From an uncultured Gemmatimonadales bacterium (GTDB lineage Bacteria > Gemmatimonadota > Gemmatimonadetes > Longimicrobiales > RSA9), in contig CAWCRS010000007.1 in NCBI GenBank assembly GCA_963798085.1, forward strand, positions 896,001 to 960,000: a stretch of 64,000 bases of DNA. The letters run 5' to 3'. The first letter of the stretch is position 1. Every line of letters starts with the position of its first letter. Below are positions 39,936 to 49,911 of the stretch, piece by piece. The notes beneath the pieces were generated by a model. That model searched no databases, was not told the origin of the DNA, and saw only the letters and a list, made by a program, of their open reading frames with translations. The position numbers and the translations under genes were made by a program.

Positions 39936-40736
39936 ATGCACACGGATCATGAAGTGAATCGCGAAAGCTGGAATGAGCTCGCGGGCCTGCACGGGCAGGA
40001 TGCCTACTATGATTCCGAGGCTCTCGTTGCCGGCGCGAGTTCGCTGATCGAGGAGGAGGAAGCCGCACTTGCGCATGCGATCGGTGCCGATCCCGCAGGA
40101 CTTCGCATTCTGCATCTGCAGTGTCACCTGGGCTTTGATGCGATCACGTTCGCGCGGCGGGGAGCTCGCGTGACAGGCGTGGACTTTTCTCCCGTTGCCC
40201 TGGCCAAAGCCCGGCTTCTGGCACATCGCTGTGGTGTCGCGGTCGAGTGGGTCTGCGCTGATGCCACCGCGTTGCCGGACTCCCTCGCCGGCGGATTCGA
40301 CCTCGCCTGGGCTACCATGGGCATCATCTGCTGGATCGCAGACGTACGTGCCTGGATGCGCGCAGTCACCGCGGCGCTCGCGTCTGGTGGCAGACTCATT
40401 CTGATCGATGGCCACCCGGATGGCGGGATTCGGAAGCCTGAGCCCGCGGGAATCGACGGACATGAGAGTGCGCCCGTACGCCGCTTCCTGGAGACAGGCT
40501 GTGACTATGCGACCACAGCCAGGACCGGCCCGCAAGTGCAGTTTCGACACTCGCTCCGCGCTGTCGTGTCCGCGGCCACGGATGCCGGCCTTCGTGTGAG
40601 CCAGCTGCTCGAGCACACGTCGGCATCGAATCACTTGTGCGTTCAGGGCCTCGAGCGCGAGGACGACGGCCGCTATCGCCACCGCGTTGGCGGCCAGCCA
40701 CGCACGATCTTCTTCACACTCATCGCGGACCGCTGA
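39936..40736 (+). CDS. Class I SAM-dependent methyltransferase
   Basis: NRESWNELAGLH, LHLQCHLGFD, GARVTGVDFS, GIICWIADV, LIDGHP. Confidence 0.85.
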   Translation: MHTDHEVNRESWNELAGLHGQDAYYDSEALVAGASSLIEEEEAALAHAIGADPAGLRILHLQCHLGFDAITFARRGARVTGVDFSPVALAKARLLAHRCGVAVEWVCADATALPDSLAGGFDLAWATMGIICWIADVRAWMRAVTAALASGGRLILIDGHPDGGIRKPEPAGIDGHESAPVRRFLETGCDYATTARTGPQVQFRHSLRAVVSAATDAGLRVSQLLEHTSASNHLCVQGLEREDDGRYRHRVGGQPRTIFFTLIADR

Positions 40737-40840
40737 ACATGCGACGGATAATCAGTCCCGCACCGCAGGAGCATACAAGCCGCCGCGTTCGTGCACAGCG
40801 GGTGGGTCATGTCCGTCCACTGTCCTGGCGCGCGCGGTGA

Positions 40841-42277
40841 CTATTTGCGCCGCTCGTACGCATACAGTTCCTCGCCGGCATGGCCAATGAAGCGCAGGCG
40901 GAAGACGTCGGGCTCGACTTCCACGACCGCGAAACCCGGCGCCGACATGGCGAACCTGCGTCCGGGCGCAGCCCGCAGGGTGTCGCCCAGCGCATAGTTA
41001 GGGGCGCCGCCTGATCCGGCCACGATGTAGTCGGTGCCATCTCTGAACCAGTGCTGCATCGAGTGGTGGTGGCCTGCGAAGTAGGCGTCGACGTGGTAAC
41101 GCTTCAGCAGCGGCAGCACCTTCGCCTGCTGCGGCTCGACCGTGTAATTCGTCTGCTCGTACACCGGGTAGTGACCGTACACGAATTTCCACTTCGCCGT
41201 GCTCTTCGCCAGCGCATCGCGCAGCCAGTCCAGCTGGCGCTCGGTCAGCTCGTTCGTGTTGATGGCGAAGAACTGCGCGGGTCCGGCCGTGAACGTGTAG
41301 TAGTACGCAGGCAGCCTGAAGCTCGTGCTCGTCCTCCCATAGACGTATTCCGCCAGCGGCCCGTCCGGTTGCCCCCAGTCGTGATTGCCCAGGCTGATGT
41401 AGAAGGGAAATTTCAACCCGTCGTACAGGTCCTCCCATGTGACTTTCCAGTCCGGATCCGATGGTGTGGCGAACGAAGTCGGATAGAAATTGTCACCCGT
41501 CGTGATGCCGAAGTCGATGCGGTGGAGTTTGTGGTATTCGCTTAACACATGTGCCATCAGGACCTGGTGCGTGTCCGTGCGCTCCAGGTGCGCTACACCG
41601 TAGTCCCCGAAAACCGAGAAGCGGATGGGAAGGTTGGCGGGCGCGACGCGGAAGGGCGAGGGTGGCGTGCGCACGAACGCCGGCGCAGCCACCGGTCGCG
41701 CCGCGTGCACCAGGCTTTCGTCCTCCTCGAGCAGCAGGCGCAGCAGTGCGGTGTCGCGCGCCGTCCTCGCCTGCCCGATCCGCTTGCTGACGGCGTCGGG
41801 CAGGCCGCTCGTGGCGAGGGCGAGTACCCGCACCGCACGGGCAGCCGCGGCGATGACCCGCGCGTCGGGATCACGCGCCACACGGTCGACGAGGGCGGGC
41901 ACGATCCCTTCCACACGCGCCCAGCGAGCCGCGTAGTACGGCATCGAGACGACCAGGCTCTCGCGGATGCTGGCGGACGGATCGCGCGCCAGGATCGCCA
42001 GCAGCAGCGGACCCGCCGCCGCGTCGAAGCGGAAACTGCGCAGCGCCACGCGTGCCACGGAATCGTTGCCGGCGGCGTAGCGTCGTGCGGCAACCGCGGC
42101 ATCGGGAGCGAGCCCGACCAGCAGCCGCTCCACCGAATCCGCGCGCAGCCCCAGCCGCTGCGCCACCGCCGGCTGGGCCGTTCCGCCAAGGCTGATGCCG
42201 CAAAGCAGGAGGATGGTAGCCCGACGACGCCGGCGCCGCTCGTCATCTTTCGCTGCCGACAACCGCATTCGATTCAC
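40841..42277 (-). CDS. Secreted metallophosphoesterase (purple acid phosphatase/TRAP-like) with N-terminal HEAT-like repeats
   Basis: FGDYG, TGDNFY, LGNHDW, VYGHYP, AGHHH; N-terminal ARDPSASIRE and ARDPDARVIAAAARA repeats; signal-like segment. Confidence 0.85.
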   Translation of the reverse strand: MNRMRLSAAKDDERRRRRRATILLLCGISLGGTAQPAVAQRLGLRADSVERLLVGLAPDAAVAARRYAAGNDSVARVALRSFRFDAAAGPLLLAILARDPSASIRESLVVSMPYYAARWARVEGIVPALVDRVARDPDARVIAAAARAVRVLALATSGLPDAVSKRIGQARTARDTALLRLLLEEDESLVHAARPVAAPAFVRTPPSPFRVAPANLPIRFSVFGDYGVAHLERTDTHQVLMAHVLSEYHKLHRIDFGITTGDNFYPTSFATPSDPDWKVTWEDLYDGLKFPFYISLGNHDWGQPDGPLAEYVYGRTSTSFRLPAYYYTFTAGPAQFFAINTNELTERQLDWLRDALAKSTAKWKFVYGHYPVYEQTNYTVEPQQAKVLPLLKRYHVDAYFAGHHHSMQHWFRDGTDYIVAGSGGAPNYALGDTLRAAPGRRFAMSAPGFAVVEVEPDVFRLRFIGHAGEELYAYERRK

Positions 42278-42623
42278 CCTTCATGTTCGTCCGCACCGGC
42301 CCGTCGCCGGCACTCCGTGTCAGGATTCTGCGATGGTGTTCGCACCGCAAGCGAACCGATTCCATCCGTGGACCGACTCGCTGACTCGATCACGCGGCCT
42401 TGCGCTGGTTGCGTGTTGTCGGGGCCGTGCGAGCGCAGTCTACAGCCCGCATGCACTCGCGGGCCAGCCGACGCGGTTTTTTTCGCCGTGGGGCTGCAAG
42501 AGACCCGTCCCTCTTTCGGCCCGCCGAAAATCCGGCATAGTTCCAGCCTTGGAGCGCACCTGAATGCGCGCCGACAGGCCGGCGATACTTTCCATGCTAC
42601 CTACCGGTTACGAGGAGTGTGCC

Positions 42624-43922
42624 ATGAAGCGCCTGATCGATTCCGGACGAATGCTGGTGGCTTCCTGCGCGGCATTCTCCCTCGTTCTGGCGGTGCCCGT
42701 GTCTGCACAGCAATCCGACAGCGTGCAGGGCGCGCATCAGCTCGAAGCGCTGCTGAGTCTGATTGCCAAACACTATGTTCGTCCCGTCGGCACGGAGAGT
42801 CTCGTCGCTGCGGCGGCGAGAGGCATGATTGCCTCGCTGGATCCGTACTCCGCATGGCTCAATGCAGCCGACTACGCGAACTTCAAGGCGACCCTGGCGG
42901 GCGCGTTCAGCGGGATCGGCATACGCCTGGGATATGACAGCGCACAAGCGGCGTTCCGCGTCGTCGCGCCGTACAGGAATTCGCCGGCCCTCGCGGCAGG
43001 CCTGCGTGCCGACGACATCATTCTCGCCGTGGACGGCCAGCCCGTTACGGGGCGGGGCTTCTTCGACGTGCTTGATGCGATCTCGGGTGCGGCGGGATCG
43101 ACCGTCGCGCTGACGGTTCGCCGCGCTGGCGCCACCAGCCCGCTGAATTTCACGATCCGGCGAGCCGTTGTGGACGTGCCCACGATCCGCGGACTCCGCC
43201 GCGCATCCGCCGGCGGCTGGGACTACATGGCCGGCGCCGGGAGCGATGTGGGCTACATTCGCATCGAGCATTTTGCTGCGACCACGGCGGCCGAGATGGA
43301 CACAGCCCTGAGCGCGCTGCGGCGTGCCGGTGCCCGGGCCCTCATACTCGACTTGCGCGAAAACGCCGGCGGCCTGCTCAGAACCGCACTGGAAACGGCG
43401 GATTTCTTTCTCGACGGCGGTCGCATGCTGACCCTTCACACCGTGGATGGTGACACGGTATACGACGCCCGGCCGGGCGTGGCGACGGCTGTGCCGCTCG
43501 CGATACTCGTCAACCAGCGTACGGCTTCGGCCGCTGAGGTTCTGGCCTCCAGTCTGCAGGATAACCAACGCGCTGTTATCGTCGGCGAGCGCACCTATGG
43601 CAAGGGTTTCGGCCAGGTGCTGTTCAGCCTGGCCGATGGCCAGGGCGCTCTGCGTCTCACCACAATCCGCATGGAGCGCCCGTCCGGCCGGAATCTCGAC
43701 CGGCACATGGCGTCGCCGGACACTGCGCTCGGCGGTGTCTGGCCGGATTCGGGAATGACCCGGGCAATGTCGCCGTCAGAGTACCGCAGCTGGCTGGCTG
43801 TCATGTCGGCTCTCGACGAGGGCATCCCGTTCGCGGACGGACAGGGAGCGTTGCCGTCGCCCGCGGTCGATCCCGTGCTGGACCGCGCGCTGGCCGTGCT
43901 GCGCCGCCGCATCCGGAGCTGA
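42624..43922 (+). CDS. S41 family C-terminal processing peptidase (CtpA/Prc-like)
   Basis: Signal peptide, SLDPYS, PDZ FSGIGI..SPALAAGL, LILDLRENAGG, TASAAE, RTYGKG; GAGGAG RBS. Confidence 0.92.
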   Translation: MKRLIDSGRMLVASCAAFSLVLAVPVSAQQSDSVQGAHQLEALLSLIAKHYVRPVGTESLVAAAARGMIASLDPYSAWLNAADYANFKATLAGAFSGIGIRLGYDSAQAAFRVVAPYRNSPALAAGLRADDIILAVDGQPVTGRGFFDVLDAISGAAGSTVALTVRRAGATSPLNFTIRRAVVDVPTIRGLRRASAGGWDYMAGAGSDVGYIRIEHFAATTAAEMDTALSALRRAGARALILDLRENAGGLLRTALETADFFLDGGRMLTLHTVDGDTVYDARPGVATAVPLAILVNQRTASAAEVLASSLQDNQRAVIVGERTYGKGFGQVLFSLADGQGALRLTTIRMERPSGRNLDRHMASPDTALGGVWPDSGMTRAMSPSEYRSWLAVMSALDEGIPFADGQGALPSPAVDPVLDRALAVLRRRIRS

Positions 43923-45190
43923 TGATCGGCAGCCGGCGTTGCGCACGCATCACACCCCCACGTTGCAGGACAGCGGACCAATGGAGGATCACGTGTACCG
44001 GAGCCGATCCCGTATCGCCATCCGTCGCATTGGCGGGCATTCCTGCGACATTCTGCCCCCGCCCCGCGGGCGCGCTGCTTCCCCCGCGCCGCGCCGCTCC
44101 TGTTCTAACACAGTGTTGCCCCTGCACACGCAATGCTCCCGCCTGACTGCGCCGCAACCTGTGAATGGCTCCACGCGGCGTTGCGTGGGGCGCACCACCC
44201 ACAGGGGCCCCTGCGATCAGGGGAGGCGACCATGGATACTGGAATGCGAGGGATCGCAATCGGCAGTTTCAGCGTACTCCCGGGCTGCTCCGAGCCGGTG
44301 AGGGAACCGTCCGCGTTCGGCAACCTTGGATCTCGGCACGCTGCTTCGCGGGTGCTCCGGAAACGCCCCGCGATCCGTGGGGACGCGTGGTGGTGCAGTA
44401 CTCCGATCTCGGAGGCAATGCACGGCCGGGCATGCTTGTGCGGGTACAACCGGGCGACCACGGCGACGGCCGGGTGCGCCATCGCACACTCGCTGTTAGC
44501 GCACCGCAGGGTTCGGGCCCGGCGCGGCTTTCCCGGGCCGTAGACCCTTCTTGTGAGACGCGTGCGCTCGACACGCCGCGCTCGCGCCGCACGCGCACGT
44601 TCGGGATCGGGCCGGCCCGGATACAACATCCCGCAGGCTAACGCCTGGGGCCGTCACTTTATGACGCTGCGCATGCCAGCGTCCGGTCGCCTGTCGCATG
44701 CGGGGCCGCATCCTGCGTGTGGGCTGGACCTGTACAGGGACGAAACGAAACTCCCGTACTTGCGCGCGCGCCGTCCGCCACGCAAAGTCCCACCGTGCGC
44801 AAGAAAGGGTGCGGAATGTGTGAAGCTGGCCCATCGCTGACAACGGTTCCGGGCCAGCAGTGATCTGTAGTCGTGGTTGCAGACGCATCACACCCCATTT
44901 TTCAAGACAACGGACAGATCCGGGAACATCCGTGAACGCGCGAGCGGGCTGAAGCGGGCCGCTCCGCGAATCACTCACGCGAACGGCGCGCCTGCTCCCC
45001 ACAGACGACGCAGGGATGTTCATGCCGGTGCGTTTTGCGGGCGAATCATCGCGACCGATGCAGGCAGCTCTGCAGTTCTGCCGCAGCAGCGCCGGTGCCT
45101 TTGCCCGTGGGTCGAGAGTCATCGATCCGCCTGAGCGCTCCGCAACTGCCGCGCGAGCCTCCGGTCCTCTTTCCTCCAAGGAGGTGCTGC

Positions 45191-48100
45191 ATGAGTCGAC
45201 GAGCACATCCCCCAGAGCCCGCCGGGCCTGTTCTCCAACACTCCGTTCGCAGGCGGGTTGCGCTCAGCATCGTGCTCGCGGCCGCGTTCGTTGCCTTCCA
45301 CGCGCAGACCGCGCTGGCGCAGGTGCGAACTGTCACGGGCCGCGTCGTTTCCTCATCCACCCGCGAGGCGCTGGTGGGTGCAGAAATATCGGTGGGCGGC
45401 AGCGCCGTCTCCGCCGCGGGTCGCACCTCCGTGACCCTCAGCGCCACTGATGGCACGTTCACCGTGCGCCAGGAAGGCGGCTTCGCGCTCACGATTCGCC
45501 TGCTCGGCTACAAGACCCGCTCGGTCGACATCGTGGCCGGTCAGGACACCCTGCTCGTTTCGCTGGATCCCGATCCACTGCGTCTCGACGAAGTGGTCGT
45601 GACTGGACAGGCCACCGGCGTGCAGCGTCGCAACCTTGCCAACGCGGTGTCCACGGTGGACGCGAGTCAGCTCAACATCGTGCCCACGGCCAGCATCGAG
45701 ACGCAGCTCATCGCCAAGGTGGCGGGCGCGAACATCCAGGCCAATTCCGGGGCGCCCGGTGGCGGTAACCAGGTGATGCTGCGCGGCGTCTCCACCATTT
45801 TCGGGGATGCGACGCCGCTCTTCGTCGTGGACGGCGTCATCATCTCGGACGTCGCGATTCCTTCCGGCGCCAATTCCATTACCGACGCCGGTGGCGGCAT
45901 TGCCAACGTGCAGGACAACGCGCCCAACCGCATTGCCGACCTCAACGTCGCCGACATCGAGAACATCGAGATCCTCAAGGGCGGCTCGGCGGCCGCGATC
46001 TACGGGTCACAGGCTAACAACGGCGTTATCCTGATCACGACCCGGCGAGGCCGCGCCGGCAAGACAGCCTTCTCCCTGACCCAGCGCTTCGGCGTTTCCC
46101 GCCTGGCCAACGAAGTCGGCGTGCGCACCTTCAAGACCGCGCAGGAAGCCATCGACGCGCGCGGCAGCACCGCCAGCGACTACCTCTCCCAGTTCAACGG
46201 CCAGCTGCCCGGTCCGTTCGATCTCGAGAAACAGCTCGCGCCAGGCAATGCGCCCGGACTGGAAACGTCGCTCAGCATGAGCGGCGGCAATGACCAGACG
46301 CGCTTCTACGCCTCGGGGCTGGCGCACAAGGAAGACGGCATCGTCACCGGGACGTACTACGACAAATACACGATGGCGCTGAATCTCGACCAGAACCTGA
46401 GCGACCGCATGGCGCTCGAGCTGCGCACCAATGCGCTGCACACCATGACCGGCCGCGGCTTCACAGGCAACGACAACACCAGCACGACGTACTACGTCAC
46501 GCTCACCAGTACGCCCAGCTTCGTTGACCTGCGCAAGAGCGCCAACGGCACGTTCCCGGTCAATTCCTTCGCCAACTCGAACCCGCTGCAGACCGCCGAT
46601 CTCGTGAAGAATGACGAATCGGTGAATCGCTTCATCGGCAGTCTGCGCGGCTCCTGGGATGTGTTGCGCACGGAGCGGCAGTCGCTGCGGCTGCTGGTGC
46701 AGGGCGGCGCGGACGTGTTCGACCTCGAGAACAAGGTCTATGCGCCGGAGGACGTGCAGTTCGAGTGTCTGACGGTGGGCTGCACGCCCACGGACCAGTT
46801 CCCCGGCACCTCCGTCAACGGCAACACGTCCAACCGCCAGTACAACATGAACACCAACGCGGTGCACAGCTTCTCGCCCGCCAGCGGCTTCTTCACCGCC
46901 ACCACATCCGCGGGGCTGCAGTACGAGTACACGGATCAGGACGTGGTGCGCGTGCAGGCCACGGATCTGTTCCCCGGCCAGGAGAACGTGAACCAGGCCG
47001 TGAATCGCCTGCCGCAGGAGGCCCGCAGTCGCAGCAAGAACTACGGCGTATATGGCCAGGAGGAGCTGCTCATCAATGAGCGCCTGCTGCTCACGGCCGG
47101 TCTGCGCGGCGATCGCTCCAGCAACAACGTGCAGATCGACAAGTGGTTCACCTATCCGAAATTCTCCGGCTCCTACCGCTTCGGCGTGAAGCGCGGACTG
47201 CTGGACGAGTTCAAGCTGCGCGCGGCCTGGGGCCAGTCCGGTCTGCAGCCGCAGTACGGCCAGAAATTCAACAACCTGAATCCCGGTTCCATCGGCGGGC
47301 TGCAGACACTGGCACTGGGTGGCACTACGGCCGCGGCAGACCTGCGGCCCGAGCGCCAGACGGAGATCGAGGGCGGCTTCGATGCCACGCTCTTCGGCGG
47401 CAAGGCCAGCTTCGAGTTCACCGCGTTCCACCAGCGCGTCGATGACCTGATCCTGACGCGCGCACTGGCGCCCTCCACCGGTTTCGCCAGTGCCGTGTTC
47501 AACAATGACGGCTTCATGAGCTCGCACGGCATCGAGGCCGCGCTGCGCGCGGTGCCCGTCCAGAGCGGCGGCTTCAGCTGGAACACCGGCATCACCTTCG
47601 CCATGGATCGCTCGAAGATGGACTCGCTGAGCGTGCCGCCCTTCAATGCGCCTAACGCGGGGTTTGGCACCTCGCTCGGCGCCGGCCGCATTGAGCAGGG
47701 CAGGTCGCTCACCCAGATCGTGGGCCGCGACACCATTTCCGTGGCCGATGACCCGCGCTGCCTGGAAGCGCTGGCCGCGACGGCGGGCGATGGCAAGTGC
47801 GTGCCCGGCACGCGCATTGTCACCAACCTGGGCGACGCCAGCCCCGACTTCCGCATGGGCTTCTCCAATGACTTCCGCTACCGCTCCCTCACGCTGACCA
47901 CGACGCTCGACTGGCAGCAGGGCGGCAAGGTCGTGAATCTGCTCGGCTACCTGCTCGACCTGAATCAGAACAGCAAGGACTACGCGGACCCGTGCACCAA
48001 TCCGGGCTGCAAGGCCGGGGAAACGCTGGGCGAGTACCGGCTGCGCGTCTACCCCGCGCGCACGTCCACCGTCTGGCTGGAAGACGCCACCTTCGTGAAG

Positions 48101-48340
48101 CTGCGTGAGCTGGCGCTGTCGTGGGACCTGCCCAGGGGATTCCTCCACAACTCGCCGCTGCGCGACATTAACAGCGCCCGCATCACCTTCAGCGGCCGCA
48201 ACCTGCTGCGCTTCACGAAATACACGGGCATGGATCCCGAAGTGAACAACTTCGGCAATACCGCGATCCGCACGAACATTGACGTCGGGCCGTACCCGCC
48301 GAGCCGTTCATTCTGGCTCTCCCTGGACCTCCGTTTCTGA
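45191..48340 (+). CDS. SusC/RagA family TonB-linked outer-membrane transporter
   Basis: AAGGAGG RBS, LDEVVVTG, PLFVVDG, DIENIEILKGGSAAAIYGSQANNGVILITT, EDATFVKLRE, YTGMDPE, C-terminal Phe. Confidence 0.95.
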   Translation: MSRRAHPPEPAGPVLQHSVRRRVALSIVLAAAFVAFHAQTALAQVRTVTGRVVSSSTREALVGAEISVGGSAVSAAGRTSVTLSATDGTFTVRQEGGFALTIRLLGYKTRSVDIVAGQDTLLVSLDPDPLRLDEVVVTGQATGVQRRNLANAVSTVDASQLNIVPTASIETQLIAKVAGANIQANSGAPGGGNQVMLRGVSTIFGDATPLFVVDGVIISDVAIPSGANSITDAGGGIANVQDNAPNRIADLNVADIENIEILKGGSAAAIYGSQANNGVILITTRRGRAGKTAFSLTQRFGVSRLANEVGVRTFKTAQEAIDARGSTASDYLSQFNGQLPGPFDLEKQLAPGNAPGLETSLSMSGGNDQTRFYASGLAHKEDGIVTGTYYDKYTMALNLDQNLSDRMALELRTNALHTMTGRGFTGNDNTSTTYYVTLTSTPSFVDLRKSANGTFPVNSFANSNPLQTADLVKNDESVNRFIGSLRGSWDVLRTERQSLRLLVQGGADVFDLENKVYAPEDVQFECLTVGCTPTDQFPGTSVNGNTSNRQYNMNTNAVHSFSPASGFFTATTSAGLQYEYTDQDVVRVQATDLFPGQENVNQAVNRLPQEARSRSKNYGVYGQEELLINERLLLTAGLRGDRSSNNVQIDKWFTYPKFSGSYRFGVKRGLLDEFKLRAAWGQSGLQPQYGQKFNNLNPGSIGGLQTLALGGTTAAADLRPERQTEIEGGFDATLFGGKASFEFTAFHQRVDDLILTRALAPSTGFASAVFNNDGFMSSHGIEAALRAVPVQSGGFSWNTGITFAMDRSKMDSLSVPPFNAPNAGFGTSLGAGRIEQGRSLTQIVGRDTISVADDPRCLEALAATAGDGKCVPGTRIVTNLGDASPDFRMGFSNDFRYRSLTLTTTLDWQQGGKVVNLLGYLLDLNQNSKDYADPCTNPGCKAGETLGEYRLRVYPARTSTVWLEDATFVKLRELALSWDLPRGFLHNSPLRDINSARITFSGRNLLRFTKYTGMDPEVNNFGNTAIRTNIDVGPYPPSRSFWLSLDLRF

Positions 48341-48369
48341 CCATGACCCGACCGGGAGAAATTGCGACC

Positions 48370-49704
48370 ATGAAAACATCAATGCTGCTTTTCGTCGCGG
48401 CGCTGTCGCTGGCGGCGTGTAATCCCGACCTGACAGTGCCCAACCTGAACAACCCCAGCGCCGGCGGATCCGCCACACGCAGCACGGTGGTCGCCAACGC
48501 ACAGGGGCTGATCGGCAACGTGCGCGGCATGGCCACCTCGAACGTGGTCAGCTCTTTCGGCGTGTGGGGACGCGAAGCCTATGCCCTCGCGCCTGAAGAG
48601 CCTCGCCCGTACACGGACAACCTCATCGGACCGAGAGACCCCAACTCCTTCGGCTCCGGCGCCTACTTCAACTACGGCACGCTGGTGCAGGTGAGCTCGC
48701 TGCTGCAGGCGGTCGATGCCGTGTCCAACATGACCGACGAGGAGAAGCAGGCCGTCCGCGGCTGGGCTAACACGGTGGCAGCGTTCGCGTATTTCCAGAC
48801 CGCGCTCGCCTACCAGCCCGATGGGGCACCGCTGGAGCCGCCCGAGAACCCCACGGGCGAACTCGCGCCCATCGCCACCGGCGCCGAGCTGTATCAGCGC
48901 TCGCTCGACCTGTTCGATGAGGCGTACACCGAGCTGCAGGCGGGCGGCAGCGCCTTCCCCTTCTCGCTGACGCCCGGTTACGCCGGCTTCGACACGCCGC
49001 AGCAGTTCGCCAAGGTCAATCGTGCGCTGAAGGCCCGCACGCTCAAGTACATGGGCAGGTGGGCCGATGTGCTGACCGCGCTGCAGCAGTCGTTCATCGA
49101 CCCCACCGGCGATCTCGACCTCGGCGCCTACAGCGACTACTTTGCCGCGGACAACACCTTCAATCCCTTCAACAACCCGCGCACGAATTTCGTGCATCCG
49201 CGCATCCTGCACAATGCGCAGCTCAAGGCGAATGGTCAGCCGGATGACCGCGCAACCAGTAAGACGGTGCCCACGGATCCGACCAACTATCAGGGTGTTG
49301 TCGCCACGGAGAAGCCCAACATGTATCCCAGTAACACTTCGCCCTTCCCCTGGATCACCAATGAAGAGCTGATCCTGCTCCGGGCGGAAGCGGAGCATGG
49401 GATGGGCAGTGATGCCAATGCCCTCGCCGATGTGAACATCATTCGCACAAGGGCAGGCGGCCTGCCCGCGGCCAGCGGCCTCACCGGTGATGCGCTGCTG
49501 ACCGAGATCCTGTACAACCGCCTCTACTCGCTGCTCTGGCGAGGCGGCTTCGCGTACTGGGACGCGCGCCAGTACAACCGGCTGAGCCAGCTGCCGCGCG
49601 CCCTGCCCAACCACGTGGTATTCGACCGCGTGAACTGGCCTGCCAACGAGTGCATTGCGCGCGTCATGACCACCGGCCCCTGCGGCCCGGTGGATGGTTC
49701 ATGA
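48370..49704 (+). CDS. RagB/SusD family outer-membrane lipoprotein
   Basis: Lipobox LAAC, NRALKAR, NEELILLRAEA, DVNIIRTRAGGL, LLTEILYNRLYSLL. Confidence 0.9.
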   Translation: MKTSMLLFVAALSLAACNPDLTVPNLNNPSAGGSATRSTVVANAQGLIGNVRGMATSNVVSSFGVWGREAYALAPEEPRPYTDNLIGPRDPNSFGSGAYFNYGTLVQVSSLLQAVDAVSNMTDEEKQAVRGWANTVAAFAYFQTALAYQPDGAPLEPPENPTGELAPIATGAELYQRSLDLFDEAYTELQAGGSAFPFSLTPGYAGFDTPQQFAKVNRALKARTLKYMGRWADVLTALQQSFIDPTGDLDLGAYSDYFAADNTFNPFNNPRTNFVHPRILHNAQLKANGQPDDRATSKTVPTDPTNYQGVVATEKPNMYPSNTSPFPWITNEELILLRAEAEHGMGSDANALADVNIIRTRAGGLPAASGLTGDALLTEILYNRLYSLLWRGGFAYWDARQYNRLSQLPRALPNHVVFDRVNWPANECIARVMTTGPCGPVDGS

Positions 49705-49730
49705 CCACAGTTCGCCACTGAAGAAAACAA

Positions 49731-49763
49731 CCGCCCCCGCGGTCCATTGGTCCGCGGGGGCGG
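49731..49763. terminator. Intrinsic terminator-like hairpin after susD
   Basis: 12-bp stem CCGCCCCCGCGG/CCGCGGGGGCGG with an A-rich run on its 5' side (T-rich on the minus strand). Confidence 0.65.
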
Positions 49764-49911
49764 CGTCGCTCCATCACCTCCGCATTCGCTGTTTACGCGT
49801 GGCCGGCACTGGCTGGTACGAGCCGGCGTGCGCGCTGCTCGAAACGAAGCCGTGCGCAATGTCGTATTTCCCGAAGCAACACTTCCCACACACTCCACGC
49901 GGATAGATCGC

